DNA of 50,664 nucleotides from Catajapyx aquilonaris (Eukaryota), in contig KZ538334.1 in NCBI GenBank assembly GCA_000934665.2, positions 62,001 to 112,664 on the forward strand. Reading direction: 5' to 3'. Shown one piece after another: positions 49,928 through 50,664 of the stretch. A program made the translations under genes and the position numbers. The number at the start of each line of letters is the position of its first letter. The first letter of the stretch is position 1. The notes beneath the pieces are model-generated. The model worked only from the letters and a program-made list of their open reading frames with translations. It ran no database searches and was not told where the DNA came from.

Positions 49928-50410
49928 CAGTCTAATCCGGATATAACAGCTTCGGTTATAATGGACTCGAACGGCCGGTCCCACCATACTTCCATAATAC
50001 TCCTGATATAACAGACTCATTTTCAACTCACCTCGGGTATTACAGACCATTTTTTGGCCCCTTGGTTGGAAAATATGCTGGTTTTGATTATTTAACATTA
50101 TTTCCTACGCACAAGGAGGGGGTGATTTTCGCATCTGTCACTGATCTAAGCTACTGAAAGTCATACTTTTCTGGTATATTTGGCGACAAGGAGACGGCAG
50201 AAGTTTCTTAGTCCTGCCTAACTTCGGGTGAGCTAATTTTGCATTTTTTGGATTGTTTCATTAATAAATGCAGTAGTGTGCATTTTATAAGCATATATGG
50301 AAAGCAGAAAACTTGTGTATTCGTTGCAGAAATGGCCGTTTGGTTATAAGAGACTTCGGTTAAAACACTTTCCGTGCTCCTTTGAAGTCTGTTATATCCG
50401 GAGTCAACTC
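49928..50410. mobile_element. pogo/Tigger-like non-autonomous element
   Basis: TA|CAGTCTAATCCGGATATAACAG ... CTGTTATATCCGGAGTCAACTC|TA with internal GATATAACAG/GGTTATAA subterminal motifs. Confidence 0.55.
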
Positions 50411-50664
50411 TATTTAAAAATTTGACTAATTCAGTCATATGGTTAATTGGAGTAGAATTTTGATGGACTTGACGTTACGTCAGAATGTCCACAATGCATG
50501 ACCAAGCTGTACTGTACATATCTAATACTTTTTCTCCCACATTTTTTCTTCAAAAAAGTACTAATAAATTATCCCCCACATTTTAAGCCCCCATCTTCTG
50601 ATGGAGCTATTTAAATGCTTATTGTTTATAGCCCCTTTTCATTAACCTTTGCTACTTGTGGGGG

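Overview
Eukaryotic (metazoan, probably invertebrate) genomic DNA with GT-AG introns, two N-gaps and many small non-autonomous transposons. The raw ORF track is mostly noise; genes appear only after splicing exons by hand. Five genes can be built with consistent intron phases: (1) a TATDN2-like TatD nuclease with a long low-complexity N-terminus (+, 3246-6320, 5' end unresolved); (2) a large CBARP/BARP-like single-pass membrane protein gene (+, about 12414-33231, 11 exons, about 909 aa) with two candidate internal first exons that would remove the TM segment; (3) V-ATPase subunit e (+, 36472-36947) tail-to-tail with (4) ATG10 (-, 37023-37970, 5' exon unresolved), both with TCACGTGA (CLEAR-like) boxes upstream; (5) the first three coding exons of Ssdp/SSBP2-4 (+, 41252-49488, continuing past the window). 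Non-coding DNA holds three tRNA-derived SINEs, several MITE families (Harbinger-, Tc1/pogo- and Kolobok-like), Helitron-like elements, TF-motif tandem arrays and an unusual pair of perfect hairpins sharing the same loop. Family assignments rest on remembered motifs; no database search was run.
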